Shown: piece after piece, positions 57,501 to 64,000 of the stretch
How the letters are laid out: every line of letters begins with the position of its first letter
How positions within the stretch are numbered: position 1 is the stretch's first letter
Assembly (NCBI GenBank): GCA_964016885.1
Contig: OZ024742.1
Span: 292,702,001-292,766,000, forward strand
Direction of reading: 5' to 3'
DNA length: 64,000 bases
DNA from: Eledone cirrhosa
Taxonomy: Eukaryota
Notes under the pieces: model-generated
Seen by the model: only the letters and a program-made list of their open reading frames with translations
What the model was told of the DNA's origin: nothing
Databases searched by the model: none
Position numbers and translations under genes: made by a program

Positions 57501-60500
57501 AAACACAACTATATTACTGAGTCAAGGTGATAGCTTAATAGATATATCTAGTCATAAACACAACTATATTACTGAGTCAAGGTGATAGTTAATAGATATA
57601 TCTGGTCATAAACACAACTATACTGAGTCAAGGTGATAGCTTAATAGATATATCTGGTTATAAACACAACTATATTACTGAGTCAAGGTGATAGCTTAAT
57701 AGATATATCTAGTCAGAAACACAACTATATTACTGAGTCAAGGTGATAGCTTAATAGATATATCTGGTCATAAACACAACTATACCGAGTTAAGGTGATA
57801 GCTTAATAGATATATCTGGTCATAAACACAACTATACTGAGTCAAGGTGATAGCTTAATAGATATATCTAGTCATAAACACAACTATACTGAGTCAAGGT
57901 GATAGCTTAATAGATATATCTAGTCATAAACACAACTATATAACTGAGTCAAGGTGATAGCTTAATAGATATATCTAGTCATAAACACAACTATATTACT
58001 GAGCCAAGGTGATAGCTTAATAGATATATCTGGTCATAAACACAACTATACTGTGTCAAGGTGATAGCTTAATAGATATAGCTAGTCATAAACACAACTA
58101 TATTACTGAGTCAAGGTGATAGCTTAATAGATATATGTAGTCATAAACACAACTATATTACTGAGTCAAGGTGATAGCTTAATAGATATATCTAGTCATA
58201 AACACAACTATACTGAGTCAAGGTGATAGCTTAATAGATATATCTGGTCATAAACACAACTATATTACTGAGTCAAGGTGATAGCTTAATAGATATATCT
58301 AGTCATAAACACAACTATATTACTGAGTCAAGGTGATAGCTTAATAGATATATCTAGTCATAAACACAACTATATTACTGAGTCAAGGTGATAGCTTAAT
58401 AGATATATCTAGTCATAAACACAACTATATTACTGAGTCAAGGTGATAGCTTAATAGATATATCTGGTCATAAACACAACTATACTGAGTCAAGGTGATA
58501 GCTTAATAGATATATCTGGTTATAAACACAACTATATTACTGAGTCAAGGTGATAGCTTAATAGATATATCTAGTCAGAAACACAACTATATAACTGAGT
58601 CAAGGTGATAGCTTAATAGATATATCTAGTCATAAACACAACTATATTACTGAGTCAAGGTGATAGCTTAATAGATATATCTAGTCATAAACACAACTAT
58701 ACTGAGTCAAGGTGATAGCTTAATAGATATATCTGGTCATAACCACAACTATACCGAGTTAAGGTGATAGCTTAATAGATATATCTGGTCATAAACACAA
58801 CTATACTGAGTCAAGGTGATAGCTTAATAGATATATCTAGTCATAAACACAACTATACTGAGTCAAGGTGATAGCTTAATAGATATATCTAGTCATAAAC
58901 ACAACTATATAACTGAGTCAAGGTGATAGCTTAATAGATATATCTAGTCATAAACACAACTATATTACTGAGTCAAGGTGATAGCTTAATAGATATATCT
59001 GGTCATAAACACAACTATATTACTGAGTCAAGGTGATAGCTTAATAGATATATCTAGTCATAAACACAACTATATTACTGAGTCAAGGTGATAGCTTAAT
59101 AGATATATCTGGTCATAAACACAACTATACTGAGTCAAGGTGATAGCTTAATAGATATATCTGGTTATAAACACAACTATATTACTGAGTCAAGGTGATA
59201 GCTTAATAGATATATCTAGTCAGAAACACAACTATATTACTGAGTCAAGGTGATAGCTTAATAGATATATCTGGTCATAAACACAACTATACTTAGTCAA
59301 GGTGATAGCTTAATAGATATATCTGGTCATAAACACAACTATACTGAGTCAAGGTGATAGCTTAATATATATATCTAGTCATAAACACAACTATATTACT
59401 GAGTCAAGGTGATAGCTTAATAGATATATCTAGTCATAAACACAACTATACTGAGTCAAGGTGATAGCTTAATAGATATATCTGGTCATAAACACAACTA
59501 TACCGAGTTAAGGTGATAGCTTAATAGATATATCTGGTCATAAACACAACTATACTGAGTCAAGGTGATAGCTTAATAGATATATCTAGTCATAAACACA
59601 ACTATACTGAGTCAAGGTGATAGCTTAATAGATATATCTAGTCATAAACACAACTATATAACTGAGTCAAGGTGATAGCTTAATAGATATATCTAGTCAT
59701 AAACACAACTATATTACTGAGCCAAGGTGATAGCTTAATAGATATATCTGGTCATAAACACAACTATACTGTGTCAAGGTGATAGCTTAATAGATATAGC
59801 TAGTCATAAACACAACTATATTACTGAGTCAAGGTGATAGCTTAATAGATATATGTAGTCATAAACACAACTATATTACTGAGTCAAGGTGATAGCTTAA
59901 TAGATATATCTAGTCATAAACACAACTATACTGAGTCAAGGTGATAGCTTAATAGATATATCTGGTCATAAACACAACTATATTACTGAGTCAAGGTGAT
60001 AGCTTAATAGATATATCTAGTCATAAACACAACTATATTACTGAGTCAAGGTGATAGCTTAATAGATATATCTAGTCATAAACACAACTATATTACTGAG
60101 TCAAGGTGATAGCTTAATAGATATATCTAGTCATAAACACAACTATATTACTGAGTCAAGGTGATAGCTTAATAGATATATCTGGTCATAAACACAACTA
60201 TACTGAGTCAAGGTGATAGCTTAATAGATATATCTGGTTATAAACACAACTATATTACTGAGTCAAGGTGATAGCTTAATAGATATATCTAGTCAGAAAC
60301 ACAACTATATAACTGAGTCAAGGTGATAGCTTAATAGATATATCTAGTCATAAACACAACTATATTACTGAGTCAAGGTGATAGCTTAATAGATATATCT
60401 AGTCATAAACACAACTATACTGAGTCAAGGTGATAGCTTAATAGATATATCTGGTCATAACCACAACTATACCGAGTTAAGGTGATAGCTTAATAGATAT

Positions 60501-60990
60501 ATCTGATCATAAACACAACTATACTGAGTCAAGGTGATAGCTTAATAGATATATCTAGTCATAAACACAACTATACTGAGTCAAGGTGATAGCTTAATAG
60601 ATATATCTAGTCATAAACACAACTATATAACTGAGTCAAGGTGATAGCTTAATAGATATATCTAGTCATAAACACAACTATATTACTGAGTCAAGGTGAT
60701 AGCTTAATAGATATATCTGGTCATAAACACAACTATACTGTGTCAAGGTGATAGCTTAATAGATATAGCTAGTCATAAACACAACTATATTACTGAATCA
60801 AGGTGATAGCTTAATAGATATATCTAGTCATAAACACAACTATATAACTGAGTCAAGGTGATAGCTTAATAGATATATCTAGTCATAAACACAACTATAT
60901 TACTGAGTCAAGGTGATAGCTTAATAGATATATGTAGTCATAAACACAACTATACTGAGTCAAGGTGATAGCTTAATAGATATATCTGGT
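42550..60990. repeat. ~9.2-kb tandem duplication within the satellite (junction about 51740; boundaries approximate)
   Basis: Rare variants pair at constant offsets: CCTGG 43841/53029 and 45293/54481 (9188); GATAGTTAAT 48341/57584, AATATATATA 50121/59364 and TGATCATAAA 51261/60504 (9243, one 55-mer more). Confidence 0.85.
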
Positions 60991-63900
60991 CATAAACACA
61001 ACTATACCGAGTTAAGGTGATAGCTTAATAGATATATCTGGTCATAAACACAACTATACTGAGTCAAGGTGATAGCTTAATAGATATATCTAGTCATAAA
61101 CACAACTATATTACTGAGTCAAGGTGATAGCTTAATAGATATATCTAGTCATAAACACAACTATATTACTGAGTCAAGGTGATACCTTAATAGATATATC
61201 TAGTCATAAACACAACTATATTACTGAGTCAAGGTGATAGCTTAATAGATATATCTGGTCATAAACACAACTATACTTAGTCAAGGTGATAGCTTAATAG
61301 ATATATCTGGTCATAAACACAACTATACTGAGTCAAGGTGATAGCTTAATAGATATATCTAGTCATAAACACAACTATATTACTGAGTCAAGGTGATAGC
61401 TTAATAGATATATCTAGTCATAAACACAACTATATTACTGAGTCAAGGTGATAGCTTAATAGATATATCTAGTCATAAACACAACTATATTACTGAGTCA
61501 AGGTGATAGCTTAATAGATATATCTGGTCATAAACACAACTATACTGAGTCAAGGTGATAGCTTAATAGATATATCTGGTGATAAACACAACTATACCGA
61601 GTTCAGGTGATAGCTTAATAGATATATCTGGTTATAAACACAACTATATTACTGAGTCAAGGTGATAGCTTAATAGATATATCTAGTCATAAACACAACT
61701 ATATTACTGAGTCAAGGTGATAGCTTAATAGATATATCTGGTCATAAACACAACTATACTGAGTCAAGGTGATAGCTTAATAGATATATCTGGTTATAAA
61801 CACAACTATACTGAGTCAAGGTGATAGCTTAATAGATATATCTAGTCATAAACACAACTATATTACTGAGTCAAGGTGATAGCTTAATAGATATATCTAG
61901 TCATAAACACAACTATATTACAGAGTCAAGGTGATAGCTTAATAGATATATCTAGTCATAAACACAACTATATTACTGAGTCAAGGTGATAGCTTAATAG
62001 ATATATCTAGTCATAAACACAACTATATTACTGAGTCACGGTGATACCTTAATAGATATATCTAGTCATAAACACAACTATATTACTGAGTCAAGGTGAT
62101 AGCTTAATAGATATATCTGGTCATAAACACAACTATACTTAGTCAAGGTGATAGCTTAATAGATATATCTGGTCATAAACACAACTATACTGAGTCAAGG
62201 TGATAGCTTAATAGATATATCTAGTCATAAACACAACTATATTACTGAGTCAAGGTGATAGCTTAATAGATATATCTAGTCATAAACACAACTATACTGA
62301 GTCAAGGTGATAGCTTAATAGATATATCTGGTCATAAACACAACTATACCGAGTTAAGGTGAAAGCTTAATAGATATATCTGGTCATAAACACAACTATA
62401 CTGAGTCAAGGTGATAGCTTAATAGATATATCTAGTCATAAACACAACTATACTGAGTCAAGGTGATAGCTTAATAGATATATCTAGTCATAAACACAAC
62501 TATATTACTGAGTCAAGGTGATAGCTTAATAGATATATGTAGTCATAAACACAACTATATTACTGAGTCAAGGTGATAGCTTAATAGATATATCTAGTCA
62601 TAAACACAACTATACTGAGTCAAGGTGATAGCTTAATAGATATATCTGGTCATATACACAACTATATTACTGAGTCAAGGTGATAGCTTAATAGATATAT
62701 CTAGTCATAAACACAACTATATTACTGTCAAGGTGATAGCTTAATAGATATATCTAGTCATAAACACAACTATATTACTGAGTCAAGGTGATAGCTTAAT
62801 AGATATATCTAGTCATAAACACGACTATATTACTGAGTCAAGGTGATAGCTTAATAGATATATCTGGTCATAAACACAACTATACTGAGTCAAGGTGATA
62901 GCTTAATAGATATATCTGGTTATAAACACAACTATACTGAGTCAAGGTGATAGCTTAATAGATATATCTAGTCATAAACACAACTACATTACTGAGTCAA
63001 GGTGATAGCTTAATAGATATATCTAGTCATAAACACAACTATATGACAGAGTCAAGGTGATAGCTTAATAGATATATCTAGTCATAAACACAACTATATT
63101 ACTGAGCCAAGGTGATAGCTTAATAGATATATCTAGTCATAAACACAACTATATTACAGAGTCAAGGTGATAGCTTAATAGATATATCTAGTCATAAACA
63201 CAACTATATTACTGAGTCAAGGTGATACCTTAATAGATATATCTAGTCATAAACACAACTATATTACTGAGTCAAGGTGATAGCTTAATAGATATATCTG
63301 GTCATAAACACAACTATACTTAGTCAAGGTGATAGCTTAATAGATATATTTGGTCATAAACACAACTATACTGAGTCAAGGTGATAGCTTAATAGATATA
63401 TCTAGTCATAACACAACTATATTACTGAGTCAAGGTGATAGCTTAATAGATATATCTAGTCATAAACACAACTATATTACTGAGTCAAGGTGATAGCTTA
63501 ATAGATATATCTAGTCATAAACACAACTATACTGAGTCAAGGTGATAGCTTAATAGATATATCTGGTCATAAACACAACTCTACCGAGTTAAGGTGATAG
63601 CTTAATAGATATATCTGGTCATAAACACAACTATACTGAGTCAAGGTGATAGCTTAATAGATATATCTAGTCATAAACACAACTATACTGAGTCAAGGTG
63701 ATAGCTTAATAGATATATCTAGTCATAAACACAACTATATAACTGAGTCAAGGTGATAGCTTAATAGATATATCTAGTCATAAACACAACTATATTACTG
63801 AGTCAAGGTGATAGCTTAATAGATATATCTGGTCATAAACACAACTATACTATGTCAAGGTGATAGCTTAAAAGATATATCTAGTCATAAACACAACTAT

Positions 63901-64000
63901 ATTACTGAGTCAAAGTGATAGCTTAATAGATATATCTAGTCATAAACACAACTATATTACTGAGTCAAGGTGATAGCTTAATAGATATATCTAGTCATAA

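Larger units (their letters stand above)
39601..64000. repeat. Tandem satellite array, right arm (same family and orientation); continues beyond window end
   Basis: Resumes in register at 39601 (TATATTACTGAGTCAAGG...), with the same monomers and diagnostic variants as the left arm. Confidence 0.99.

Noticed and set aside
1-64000. CRISPR array
   Set aside because: Units are near-identical along their whole length, with no unique spacers, leader or cas genes.

Overview
This window looks eukaryotic. About 98.5% of it is one AT-rich (~29% GC) head-to-tail tandem satellite with consensus TAGCTTAATAGATATATCT[A/G]GTCATAAACACAACTATA[TTA]CTGAGTCAAGGTGA. The monomer comes in 55-bp and 52-bp forms, roughly 1,170 copies estimated from length. 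Rare variants show a variable-length higher-order repeat and nested kb-scale duplications (about 1.45, 3.17, 3.9, 8.4 and 9.2 kb, plus dispersed copies). The only unique sequence is a 980-bp GC-rich insertion at 38621-39600: a 5'-truncated non-LTR retrotransposon of the L1/Tx1 group. It has an ORF2 C-terminus with a CCHC zinc knuckle, open from the junction to the stop, then a structured 3' UTR and AATAAA without a poly(A) tail. It is flanked by a perfect 8-bp target-site duplication (TATATTAC). Two paralogous empty sites lie in the same window. No host genes, RNA genes or CRISPR arrays are evident. All coordinates and offsets were counted by hand.
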